In this document: piece after piece, positions 10,738-20,500 of the stretch
Numbering within the stretch: the first letter of the stretch is position 1
How the letters are laid out: each line of letters starts with the position of its first letter
Assembly: GCA_037481835.1 (NCBI GenBank)
Contig: JBBFKW010000001.1
Coordinates: forward strand, 1 to 64,000
Direction of reading: 5' to 3'
DNA from: Desulfosoma sp.
GTDB taxonomy: Bacteria; Desulfobacterota; Syntrophobacteria; Syntrophobacterales; DSM-9756
Length of the DNA stretch: 64,000 nt
Program-made: the position numbers and the translations under genes
The notes under the pieces: model-generated
The model's database searches: none
Told to the model about the DNA's origin: nothing
Seen by the model: only the letters and a program-made list of their open reading frames with translations

Positions 10738-11631
10738 ATGTTCAAGAAATCCAAGCAGCAGCGCATCTTTTCCAAACTTCCCCAGCTGAACGCTGAAACC
10801 CGCGAAGACGATTCAAAACATCCGCGGGGCGGCCAAGAGAACACACCCCCGCATCCGCCGGAGGCTTGCCGCCATGAGCCCGCGCAGCCCCATGAGCCTG
10901 TTGTCCCGTCGCCGATGCTTCATGACGATCCCTTGGCGGATGCCCCGTTCGTCCTCATCGCGCCGGGCACCTTTCTCATGGGAAGCCCGGAAGAAGAGTT
11001 CGGGCGCTACGCCGATGAAGTGCTCCACCGGGTGACCCTGACGGAGGGGTTCTTCCTTCAGGCCACGCTTGTGACCCAAAGACAATGGAAAGCCGTCATG
11101 GGGGCCAACCCGTCGTCCTTTCCGGACCGAGCCCTGGAGCGGCCCGTGGACGGCGTGAGCTGGAACGACTGCCAGGCTTTCATCCGCAGACTGAACGCGG
11201 TGGGAAAACACCGTTATCGATTGCCCACCGAAGCCGAGTGGGAATACGCATGCCGTGCCGGTTCTTTCACCGCTTTCTGCAACGGAGACATCACCCCTTC
11301 CGAAACCCAGCTGGACCCAGCCCTGGACGCCGTGGGCTGGTACCGGCTCAACTCGGACGGCACCCCCAAGCCCGTTGCCCGGAAAAACCCCAACGCCTGG
11401 GGCCTTTATGACATGCACGGGAACCTGTGCGAATGGTGCGAGGACTGGTACGGTCCCTACCCGCAGGGCCATGTCGTGGATCCCGTGAACACAAAGGCCG
11501 GGGACGGACGGGTGTGCCGCGGCGGCTCTTGGGCCAGTGGTGCGGCCAACTGTCGCTCGGCGGCACGGTTTTGCTTCTCCCCCCATTGCCGGAGTGATTT
11601 TGTCGGCTTTCGATTGGTCCGGATCGGCTGA
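10738..11631 (+). CDS. Formylglycine-generating enzyme (SUMF1/FGE-sulfatase) family domain protein
   Basis: GTFLMGS, RLPTEAEWEYACRAG, NAWGLYDMHGNLCEWC, RGGSW and GFRLV motifs. Confidence 0.9.
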   Translation: MFKKSKQQRIFSKLPQLNAETREDDSKHPRGGQENTPPHPPEACRHEPAQPHEPVVPSPMLHDDPLADAPFVLIAPGTFLMGSPEEEFGRYADEVLHRVTLTEGFFLQATLVTQRQWKAVMGANPSSFPDRALERPVDGVSWNDCQAFIRRLNAVGKHRYRLPTEAEWEYACRAGSFTAFCNGDITPSETQLDPALDAVGWYRLNSDGTPKPVARKNPNAWGLYDMHGNLCEWCEDWYGPYPQGHVVDPVNTKAGDGRVCRGGSWASGAANCRSAARFCFSPHCRSDFVGFRLVRIG

Positions 11632-11693
11632 ACGATCCCGTCCGACACAGCCCCTTCGTGCCGGCTCGGCGGGCCGGATGCGGCCCGCTGCGT

Positions 11694-12773
11694 TCAAAGC
11701 CCGACTCCCGTGTAGACCGCATGGCTGCCCGGCATGGCGAAGGCGGGGGCGTCCTCGGGGGTTCCGCGGATATTGCTCCCCTGGACGAGGGAGCGGCTCT
11801 GGGCCGACCAGTTGGAAGGTCCCGCGATGTCCCCCTCATCCACCACGAGCCAGTCCGTCATGAGCCTGGCCGTGAAGTCTTCCTCCAAGAGACTGAAACC
11901 GCTCGCCAGACTCTGCACCGACACATTGTCGAAAACACTCCCCTCGTTGGCCCAGCAATAGAATCCCACGGTGCCCCTCGGAAGGTCCGCATCCATGACC
12001 GAAAGAACACGCCGCCCATCGATGTGCACCTCCAACCTCGGCCCAAGGGCCAGGACGTCCACCCGGTAGGTCCGCCCGGTTTCGTAAGCAACGGCCCGCT
12101 CGGCCAAGAGCCCGTATGCGCCTCCCACCTTTTTCACGAGCCGCATTGCGCTGCGTTCCCGGTCCCAGGAAAACCGGTAGTAATGGTCGTCGTCCATGTA
12201 CCGGAACATGACGCCCATGGCGTCGTTGTCCTCGGAGCGCAGATCCACCGAAAACCGGTAGTCGGTCCATTCCACCACGGGCGGCGTGGAGCGCCGGTCC
12301 AGCGGGTTCGTGCCCCGGGCCACTTCGTAGCCGTCCAGCGCCCCATCCCCGTCGGTATCGGCAAGCCCCGGGTCGGTCCCCAGCACGTCCAGTTCCTCCG
12401 CGTCCGAGAGCCCGTCGCCGTCATGGTCCGGACCGGGCACGGAAATGACCAGTTCTTGCGAATACCCGCTCTGCCCCCCCAAGCCGTCGTAGGCCGTAAC
12501 GGCCACGTAATAGGTGCGCCCGTCTTCCAGCGCCCGCAACGTGTACCGGTCCGCCGGCCCCGCATCCTCGCTCCACCCATACTCCCGGCTCGCATACCCC
12601 ACATGGACCCGATACCCCCGCGTCTCCCCATCCCCGGTGGGATCCCACGCAATCGTCACCTCGGCCGCCCATGCCGGTGCGGCCGAAAAAGGCAGGAAGA
12701 AGAACACAAAGATCCATCCAAAACCAAGCCTGGCCAAGGGGCGGCGGTTTGCCGCCGAACCAGTCCCGTCCAT
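11694..12773 (-). CDS. Secreted FN3 + DxDxDG (TSP3-like) + ConA/TSP-C-like protein, paralogue A
   Basis: Signal peptide ending AWA; FN3 (VTIAWD..GYRV..YYVAVTAYD); DHDGDGLSD..DTDGDG calcium-binding repeats; beta-sandwich domain. Confidence 0.75.
   Translation of the reverse strand: MDGTGSAANRRPLARLGFGWIFVFFFLPFSAAPAWAAEVTIAWDPTGDGETRGYRVHVGYASREYGWSEDAGPADRYTLRALEDGRTYYVAVTAYDGLGGQSGYSQELVISVPGPDHDGDGLSDAEELDVLGTDPGLADTDGDGALDGYEVARGTNPLDRRSTPPVVEWTDYRFSVDLRSEDNDAMGVMFRYMDDDHYYRFSWDRERSAMRLVKKVGGAYGLLAERAVAYETGRTYRVDVLALGPRLEVHIDGRRVLSVMDADLPRGTVGFYCWANEGSVFDNVSVQSLASGFSLLEEDFTARLMTDWLVVDEGDIAGPSNWSAQSRSLVQGSNIRGTPEDAPAFAMPGSHAVYTGVGL
11726..12684. repeat. 959-bp direct repeat, copy 1
   Basis: Matches 13108-14066 (offset 1382); translations of several frames are identical across the repeat. 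Confidence 0.95.
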
Positions 12774-12861
12774 GCCCGCACCTCCCTGCGCAATCGGCCT
12801 TCCATCCTTGGAAGACCCTCTCGTCCCCGTTATCTTGAGTTATCTCCACCCGTCATCAAAA

Positions 12862-12892
12862 GGCCCTGAAGGGAGAAGGTCCCTTCAGGGCC
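12862..12892. terminator. Strong hairpin between the duplicated genes
   Basis: GGCCCTGAAGGGA-gaagg-TCCCTTCAGGGCC, a 13-bp perfect stem; weak T-run on the minus strand. Confidence 0.5.
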
Positions 12893-13054
12893 ATCAGTTG
12901 CGGATCTCTAGCATGCACCAGCCGGTGGTGCAAGCTTTTTAGGCCGAGCGATCGCATTTTTCGCGGCCGAGCATGTTCTCCAAGGACCTTGCCAGTTCGC
13001 CGGGCCTCAACCTGGCCCAGAGAATTTCGTCCCCAGGAGGTTGACGGACTCCTT

Positions 13055-14155
13055 TCAGATCCCCTTTTTCCACGAAGCCCGAAGGGGGACGTGATAGATA
13101 GCGTATGTGCCCGGCATGGCGAAGGCGGGGGCGTCCTCGGGGGTTCCGCGGATATTGCTCCCCTGGACGAGGGAGCGGCTCTGGGCCGACCAGTTGGAAG
13201 GTCCCGCGATGTCCCCCTCATCCACCACGAGCCAGTCCGTCATGAGCCTGGCCGTGAAGTCTTCCTCCAAGAGACTGAAACCGCTCGCCAGACTCTGCAC
13301 CGACACATTGTCGAAAACACTCCCCTCGTTGGCCCAGCAATAGAATCCCACGGTGCCCCTCGGAAGGTCCGCATCCATGACCGAAAGAACACGCCGCCCA
13401 TCGATGTGCACCTCCAACCTCGGCCCAAGGGCCAGGACGTCCACCCGGTAGGTCCGCCCGGTTTCGTAAGCAACGGCCCGCTCGGCCAAGAGCCCGTATG
13501 CGCCTCCCACCTTTTTCACGAGCCGCATTGCGCTGCGTTCCCGGTCCCAGGAAAACCGGTAGTAATGGTCGTCGTCCATGTACCGGAACATGACGCCCAT
13601 GGCGTCGTTGTCCTCGGAGCGCAGATCCACCGAAAACCGGTAGTCGGTCCATTCCACCACGGGCGGCGTGGAGCGCCGGTCCAGCGGGTTCGTGCCCCGG
13701 GCCACTTCGTAGCCGTCCAGCGCCCCATCCCCGTCGGTATCGGCAAGCCCCGGGTCGGTCCCCAGCACGTCCAGTTCCTCCGCGTCCGAGAGCCCGTCGC
13801 CGTCATGGTCCGGACCGGGCACGGAAATGACCAGTTCTTGCGAATACCCGCTCTGCCCCCCCAAGCCGTCGTAGGCCGTAACGGCCACGTAATAGGTGCG
13901 CCCGTCTTCCAGCGCCCGCAACGTGTACCGGTCCGCCGGCCCCGCATCCTCGCTCCACCCATACTCCCGGCTCGCATACCCCACATGGACCCGATACCCC
14001 CGCGTCTCCCCATCCCCGGTGGGATCCCACGCAATCGTCACCTCGGCCGCCCATGCCGGTGCGGCCCCAAGACTCAAGATCCACAGCACCAAAGCAAGAA
14101 CTGAAAGAAGGGGTGAAACTTCACGCCGCACAAAGGAACCACGCGATGCAGACAT
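13055..14155 (-). CDS. Secreted FN3 + TSP3-like + ConA/TSP-C-like protein, paralogue B
   Basis: Same mature core as 11694..12773, with a different signal peptide and C-terminal tail; RBS GGAGG upstream. Confidence 0.75.
   Translation of the reverse strand: MSASRGSFVRREVSPLLSVLALVLWILSLGAAPAWAAEVTIAWDPTGDGETRGYRVHVGYASREYGWSEDAGPADRYTLRALEDGRTYYVAVTAYDGLGGQSGYSQELVISVPGPDHDGDGLSDAEELDVLGTDPGLADTDGDGALDGYEVARGTNPLDRRSTPPVVEWTDYRFSVDLRSEDNDAMGVMFRYMDDDHYYRFSWDRERSAMRLVKKVGGAYGLLAERAVAYETGRTYRVDVLALGPRLEVHIDGRRVLSVMDADLPRGTVGFYCWANEGSVFDNVSVQSLASGFSLLEEDFTARLMTDWLVVDEGDIAGPSNWSAQSRSLVQGSNIRGTPEDAPAFAMPGTYAIYHVPLRASWKKGI
13108..14066. repeat. 959-bp direct repeat, copy 2
   Basis: Matches 11726-12684. 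Confidence 0.95.
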
Positions 14156-14269
14156 GGTTAGACCTCCCGTAACCTCAAGGATTTTGAGCTGTTGAACGTT
14201 TTACTCTCATCGGAGTCGTGCGGAGTCCTTTCAATGAGCCTTCAGGACGGCGGATTCGGCGCGTGGGAG

Positions 14270-14285
14270 AGCAAGGACCAGGCCA
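14270..14285 (-). promoter_or_regulatory. Sigma-54 promoter candidate for paralogue B
   Basis: TGGCCT-GGTCC-TTGCT with GG-N10-GC spacing, about 115 bp upstream of the ATG. Confidence 0.5.
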
Positions 14286-14620
14286 ACCGGTGGGGCATCC
14301 CTTGATAAGTCATGGTAAGAGACTACTTTTCCAATATTTTTTTATTTCTTGGTGACACAGCTCCCCCTCGACCTGTACGGTTTTTCCTCCTAGGATTTCC
14401 AACATGGGCTGTTGGATAGGACAGGAAGTTCTTTCCCAGGATGGGGAAGGATTTTCCCGCTCAAACCGCGGGCGAAGCTTCGGGGCTGGCAAAGGGGACA
14501 TTCGCCGGAGGATGGGCCGTTTTTCAGCGGAAGGCATCGGCCCGTGCGCGGGGCGCGGAAAGCCGGCCGAGGTGAGTGCTATGCTGACAGCTTTATCGTT
14601 CACAAAGGGGAGGTAGGCGC

Positions 14621-17128
14621 ATGCTAGGCAGGAAGAGAGGTTTGCTGTTGCTGGTGTTGGGGTGCATCGTTTTTTTTCTCGCAGCCCATCGAGCGGCTGC
14701 CGCGTCGTTCGAGAGCCCTCGTGACGCTTCGCGTCCGAGCTACGAGGTGACTTCGCAGTTCGCGCCCAACAGACTGCTCGTGAAGTTCAAAGCCACCCAT
14801 TACGTCCCTTTTTCTCCTTCACCCATGAAGCCTTACGGTTCCATACCGTACGAGCAGGCTCTGTCATCTGAGGCCGTGGGGGTTCTGAGAGAAATCGATG
14901 GGCACGTCCTATGGGTCTCAGCGCAGACGAAGGTGGCCGTCGTGCAGATTCCGTCGGATACCATCGGAAAAGCCATCGAGACTTTGTATAGAAGCGGCTT
15001 GGTTGAATATGCGGAACCCGATTACGTCGTGAAGGTAGGCCTCGTTCCCAATGACCCGAGCTTTTCGTCGCAATGGGGACTCCAGGATACGGACGATACC
15101 GATGTCGATGCGCCCGAAGCCTGGGATATCCGTAAGGGCGGAAACGGTGTCCTGGTCGTCGTTCAGGATACGGGCATTGATTATACCCACGAAGACTTGA
15201 AGCCCGCCATGTGGGTGAACCCTGGCGAGACTCCAGGCAACGGACTGGATGACGACGGCAACGGCTGGGTCGACGACGTGTACGGCGCCGATTTCGTCAA
15301 CAATGATGGAGATCCCATGGACGATTACGGCCACGGGACCCACGTGGCGGGAATCATCGGGGCGCGTGGGAATAACAGCAAGGGTATCAGCGGAACGGTG
15401 TGGTACGCCAAAATCATGGCCTTGAAATTCATCGCCAGCTCCGGGTATGGTTATGACTCCGACCTCATTCGATCCATCGATTATCTCTTGGCCATCATGG
15501 AAGCCAACGCTTTGGACAAGGCCATCGTCAACGCGAGCTATGGAGGGGGCGGCTACAATCAGGCCCTGTACGACGCCATCAAGAACGCCGGAACGAAAGG
15601 CGTCCTTTTCATCGCATCGGCCGGCAACGACGGGAAGAATACGGATTTGACCCCCCATTATCCATCGTCCTACAATTTAAATAACATCATTTCCGTCGGC
15701 GCTTCCAACAGCTCCGACAATCCTGCTTCGTTTTCCAACCACGGGCCGGGCAGCGTCGATCTCTTTGCCCCCGGCGTGGGAATCCTCAGCACTCTCCCTG
15801 GCAATGACTACGATTCTTGGAATGGCACATCCATGGCCGCACCCTTTGTCACGGGTGTCGCTGCGGCGCTTTGGAGCAAATATCCCAGCTTGAGCTTCCC
15901 CTACATCAAGGGCCTCATCCTCAACGGGGTGGAGCGAAAACCCGGCCTTGCAGGAACATGCCTGACGGAGGGAAGACTGAACTTCAGGAACTCCCTCACG
16001 ACAAGCCGCTCCCGGCCGGCCGTCTTTGCCATCAGCCCGCAAGTTGCGGAGAAGGGGGCCACCGTAACGATATGGGGCATTAATTTCGGAGACACTCCGG
16101 GGCAAGTGACATTGACAGGCAAGTCCCTACCGATCAAGAGCTGGAAGCCTCAGAAAATCACTGCTACCGTCCCCACCACCGTGGCCTATGGCACTTATAA
16201 ACTCCAGGTGTGGAACCAGAAGGGGGACAAGAGCGCGGCTGTATGGTTCAAGGTGGCCACGGAGGCCGCCAAGGTTGGCGAGACACTCATCGGGCACGGA
16301 TGGGCAGCTGCCGCTCAGGCGGGCGATGATGTGTGGATCATGGGCGGAGGAACCGACTGGGGGCAAACAGGCATAGTAGAAAAGTGCACCCTGGGTTCAA
16401 GCCCAAGATGTGTCATCGATTCCCAATGGATGATGCCCATTCCCCTGACCAACACCGCAGCGGTTCTCTTCAACGGGGAGATCTGGGTTATAGGCGGTTT
16501 AGACTGGAATACTGACGCCGTGTCCAACAAGGTGCAGATCTTCAATCCCGCCACCGGCACTTGGCGAATGGGACCTCAACTGCCCGAGCCGCGCTGTCAA
16601 ACAGCGGTGTTTTCCTATTCCAACAAGGTGTATGTCGTCGGCGGCCTGGATTCCACTGACGCAGTACGCAACACGGTTTACGTCTACGATGCGTCCACCA
16701 AAACATGGGCCACTGGATCCCCAAAACCCACGCCCACGGCGTACTCCATTGCCGGGCGTATTGGAACCTCCTCCACCTTTCTGGTGGGTGGCGGATTCGT
16801 AGCTCCGTCTTGCGGCTTCGAAACGAACGGCGTGGAAAAGTACAATCCGGCAACCGACACGTGGGAGGTTCTGCCCAATATAACCTTTGCCCGAGGCGGT
16901 GCGGGTGCCCTTTCAGCCGACGGGAACGTTTTCGCCCTCATGGGCAATTGCGGCGATCTTCGTTCCGACGGCGAAGTTTTCAAAGGGGGCACATGGACTG
17001 TTGTCGTCGAAGCTCCTCAACCCCTTTACACACCCCTCACAGGCCAGCGCGGAGATTATGCCTATGTCCTTGGAGGTGTAGACTTCACTGACGGATTCAG
17101 CCGCAACATCTACCGCTTCATGAAATAA
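14621..17128 (+). CDS. Secreted S8 subtilisin-like protease with IPT/TIG domain and Kelch repeats
   Basis: Catalytic triad motifs DTGID, HGTHVAG and GTSMAAP; TIG (VTIWGINFG); Kelch GG..W repeats. Confidence 0.92.
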   Translation: MLGRKRGLLLLVLGCIVFFLAAHRAAAASFESPRDASRPSYEVTSQFAPNRLLVKFKATHYVPFSPSPMKPYGSIPYEQALSSEAVGVLREIDGHVLWVSAQTKVAVVQIPSDTIGKAIETLYRSGLVEYAEPDYVVKVGLVPNDPSFSSQWGLQDTDDTDVDAPEAWDIRKGGNGVLVVVQDTGIDYTHEDLKPAMWVNPGETPGNGLDDDGNGWVDDVYGADFVNNDGDPMDDYGHGTHVAGIIGARGNNSKGISGTVWYAKIMALKFIASSGYGYDSDLIRSIDYLLAIMEANALDKAIVNASYGGGGYNQALYDAIKNAGTKGVLFIASAGNDGKNTDLTPHYPSSYNLNNIISVGASNSSDNPASFSNHGPGSVDLFAPGVGILSTLPGNDYDSWNGTSMAAPFVTGVAAALWSKYPSLSFPYIKGLILNGVERKPGLAGTCLTEGRLNFRNSLTTSRSRPAVFAISPQVAEKGATVTIWGINFGDTPGQVTLTGKSLPIKSWKPQKITATVPTTVAYGTYKLQVWNQKGDKSAAVWFKVATEAAKVGETLIGHGWAAAAQAGDDVWIMGGGTDWGQTGIVEKCTLGSSPRCVIDSQWMMPIPLTNTAAVLFNGEIWVIGGLDWNTDAVSNKVQIFNPATGTWRMGPQLPEPRCQTAVFSYSNKVYVVGGLDSTDAVRNTVYVYDASTKTWATGSPKPTPTAYSIAGRIGTSSTFLVGGGFVAPSCGFETNGVEKYNPATDTWEVLPNITFARGGAGALSADGNVFALMGNCGDLRSDGEVFKGGTWTVVVEAPQPLYTPLTGQRGDYAYVLGGVDFTDGFSRNIYRFMK

Positions 17129-17136
17129 GAACCCAC

Positions 17137-17164
17137 GTATAGGGGGGACCTTTCCCCCCTATAC
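17137..17164 (+). terminator. Hairpin after the subtilase gene
   Basis: GTATAGGGGGGA-cctt-TCCCCCCTATAC, a 12-bp stem with no U tract. Confidence 0.5.
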
Positions 17165-17290
17165 CCCGCCAGGTGAGGGAACCTTCCGCCAGGACAATTC
17201 CACGAGATCCCCCGGATCGGCGCTCCGCCCCCTCATGTGAAAGAACTCTTGCGCCTTCAACGGCTCACCTGCTCATTTCCGTCGGCTCCC

Positions 17291-17319
17291 TTGACGAATC
17301 CCCATTCTCTCTGTATACG
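17291..17319 (+). promoter_or_regulatory. Sigma-70-like promoter candidate
   Basis: TTGACG-N17-TATACG upstream of the giant glycosyltransferase gene. Confidence 0.4.
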
Positions 17320-17519
17320 GTATAACCTTATAAATTCCACCCCGGAGGAGCTATGCAGACTGCCGCCATCGTCCCCATCGAAAAGGCCCCCCCCGAAGGA
17401 AATTTTTTCATGAACATGACCAAGGGTTCTTGGTTCTTGCAACGTTCGTTCGGCGAACCGTCGAGACGAAACATGGCGAAAAATGCGAAGGGCACGCCTC
17501 TTTAGGAGCGAGGTCGTCA

Positions 17520-20500
17520 ATGGCGTTGGATAATCGCGAATCCCGACAAAGCGGTCCCCAGTGCTTGATCGTGTGTGGCATGCACCGCAGCGGCACTTCC
17601 ATGTTGTCTGGATGCTTGCATCTCTTGGGCATGGATCTGGGAAGACATCTCATGCCCCCTTCTGCCGGCAACGAGTCGGGTCACTGGGAAAACGCCGAAA
17701 TCGCGCTTGCCCACGAACTTCTTCTTCGCGATCTGGGCTGCCGTTGGGACATGGTGGGCAACCTTCCCGAGGGCTGGCTGGACTCGGAACCAGCGAAGCG
17801 CGCTCACAAGAGGATCGCGGCCATTGTTGAGCGCACCTTCGTTGGAAATCAACCCTGGGCCGTGAAGGATCCCCGAATCTCCAGGCTCCTGCCCCTCTGG
17901 TTTCGAATCCTTGGAGATCTGGACGCGACACCCGGCTTCATCCTTATGCTTCGGCATCCTCTCGAAGTGGCCCTCTCCCTTCAAAAGAGAAATGGCTTTG
18001 ATCTGAGAAAGGGGCATCTGCTTTGGTTTGCCTATAACCGAGATGCCTTGAACGCGCTGAGGCGCATTCGCTCCTTGGAAAGGCGAACCGAAGCGGACGC
18101 AAGAGGCGAAACCGGAAAAGTTTTTCCAACCGACGATATGGATTGCGCCTTCTTTGTGCCGCACAGCCTGGACGCGCCCTCCGTATTGGTGACCTACGAC
18201 GAGTTCTTGGCAAACCCCGTGGCCGTTCTGTGCGAAATCGAACGTGTCATGGGTTTCACCTTCCCTCGTCCCGTTCTCGAGAACGCCTCCGCCATCCTCG
18301 ATTTCGTACGCCCAGAACTTCGGCATCACCACAAGGACAACGCCAAGCCCCAAGAAGACAACGCGCACGCCTTCTCCCATTTCGCTTGGTTCTACGAACA
18401 CTTACGAGGCGTCAAGAGCTCCGACGGCCAACAGCCGACAGAGGAAACGGCGACATTGGCCAATATCGTCAATGAACTCCTTGGTCTCGTCGGCGACTAT
18501 GAGCGATCCGAGCGAGAAGTGAGGCGGCAAAAGGAGCGACGGATTCTTGCAGGCACCCGCCCCGGTGATTCCCTGTTCGCTCAAGTCTTCTTTCCTTCCG
18601 ATCACGGTTCGTACGACGAATCCCGAGCCGCCAGATTTCTTCTGCCGTGTTCCGAGTGGTACGATTTCTCGGTCCCACTAACAAGGCCCACCGTTCTTCG
18701 CTCTCATCCGCTTCGCATCGATCCGCTGAACACCAGAGGGGTCGTCATCATCCGCAAGATCGCGTTGGTGAGCGCAGCGTCCGCAGAAACTTTGTGGAAG
18801 GCCGAAACACCCGAAGACTTCGATGGGTTTCGGATTCAAAAGGATGCCCTGAGGCTGCCGTCCCCCAAGGGTCTCTTTCTCATGGTTTCCGGCAGCGACC
18901 CTCAGCTCCTTCTGCCCCCCATACCCGCTCTCCCGGATGAGCCCATGGTCCTCCATGTCTGGCTAAAGGCCGAATGGGACCAAAAAATGGCCGCCGAAAC
19001 GTGGAAGGAGATGGAGAAAAGAAGCGCGAGGCATCAGGCGGAGATGGAGGCCCTTCGGCGCGATCTTGAACGGCACAGAATGTCTGCTGAAAGATGGCGA
19101 CAGGTCGCAGAACAGGCCGAAAAGGACATGGCCCGCCGAGAAGCCGAATATGGCCACGCGGTCGCTGACAACACCCAGTTGAGCACGTGGCTAAGGAAAT
19201 TGCACAAAGATTTTTGCGCCCTGAAAGAATCCAAGCGACGGAAGGCGGGCAATGCACTTATCCGCTTCCTGAAAATCCTTGTGTTGCGCGGAAGAGAACC
19301 CTTGGCCCTGGACCACATGGAAAAGATCTTTTCCGAGTACGCAGCATGGAAGGAGGAGAAAAGACGCACCCCGTCCAACCGGGGAGTCACTGGTGTCACC
19401 CGCGATGATGTGTATCGCCACAGGCATTGGATGGAGCAATTGCAAAACGACTTCGATGCGCTGCAAAGTTCCTTCCGCTGGAGGATTGGAAACGCCCTCC
19501 TGCGACCGCTGGAGATTCTCGCCTTTCGATGGAAAGTCGAAACAGCAGCCGACCACATGCGAAAGATCTTCGCCGAGTTCCAAGCGTGGCGGCCGATTCC
19601 GGGAAAAGAGGCCCGGGACGTGGAATGTCTCCGCCTTTGGCTTCGTAAGCTGCGAAACGACGTCCAAGCCCTCGCCCACTCCCACAGATGGCGGCTGGGA
19701 AATGGAATCGTGACGATCATCGATTACCTCCTGCTGCGAGGACGAATGCCCACCGCCATGGACCACATGAGGGCCGTCTTGGAAAGTTTCGAGAAATGGG
19801 ACGGCGACAAAGCACGCGAAAAAGGAACTTTTCGAGGAACCCCCGAGTGCAGCACTTTGACAGCACACGCAAGCACATGTCTGTATGAACTCGTCCTTAC
19901 ACCGCCGGATGGAGAACCTCAGGAGACGGACTTTCCTCCGGACGGTTCGGTCTTTTTCGAAGAAACGGGTTTTCTCGCATCCGTGCCCTACGATCGGCCG
20001 GTCTCCATCGTCATTCCCGTTTATAACGGCTTGGACGATGTGCGGCGGTGCATCCAAAGTATCCGGCGTTTCACCCGCTGCCCTTTTGAAATGATCATCG
20101 TCGATGACGCCAGCACTGAAACGGGGGTGGGGGATTTCCTTGCTGATCTGGCCCGCGACCCACGCTTTAAGATTTTGCGCAACGAAAGGAACATGGGTTT
20201 TGTGGCGTCCGCCAACCGTGGCATGCGGGCATCTCAGCACGATGTGGTCCTCCTCAATTCCGATACGCAGGTGACGCCGCGCTGGCTCACCAAGCTTAAG
20301 GCGGCGGCTTACTCCTCGCCCGACGTCGCCACCGTGACCCCCTTTTCCAATGCTGCAGGAGCCTTCTCCGTCCCAGAGGCAGGGCGCAACTCTCCTCTTC
20401 CACTTCACTTGGATTTGGAAGAAATGCACCGAATCGTGGAACGGCTCTCCAGCCATGCCTATCCCAGCGTTCCGACCGGAAACGGCTTTTGCCTGTATAT

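Noticed and set aside
11500..11631. FGE/C-type-lectin C-terminus as a diversity-generating retroelement variable region
   Set aside because: No adenine-variant template repeat and no reverse transcriptase gene in the window. A remote DGR cannot be excluded without a genome search.
11726..14066. 959-bp repeat as a DGR TR/VR pair or an IS
   Set aside because: The copies appear identical with no A-specific differences, are too long for a TR/VR pair, and have no terminal repeats or transposase.
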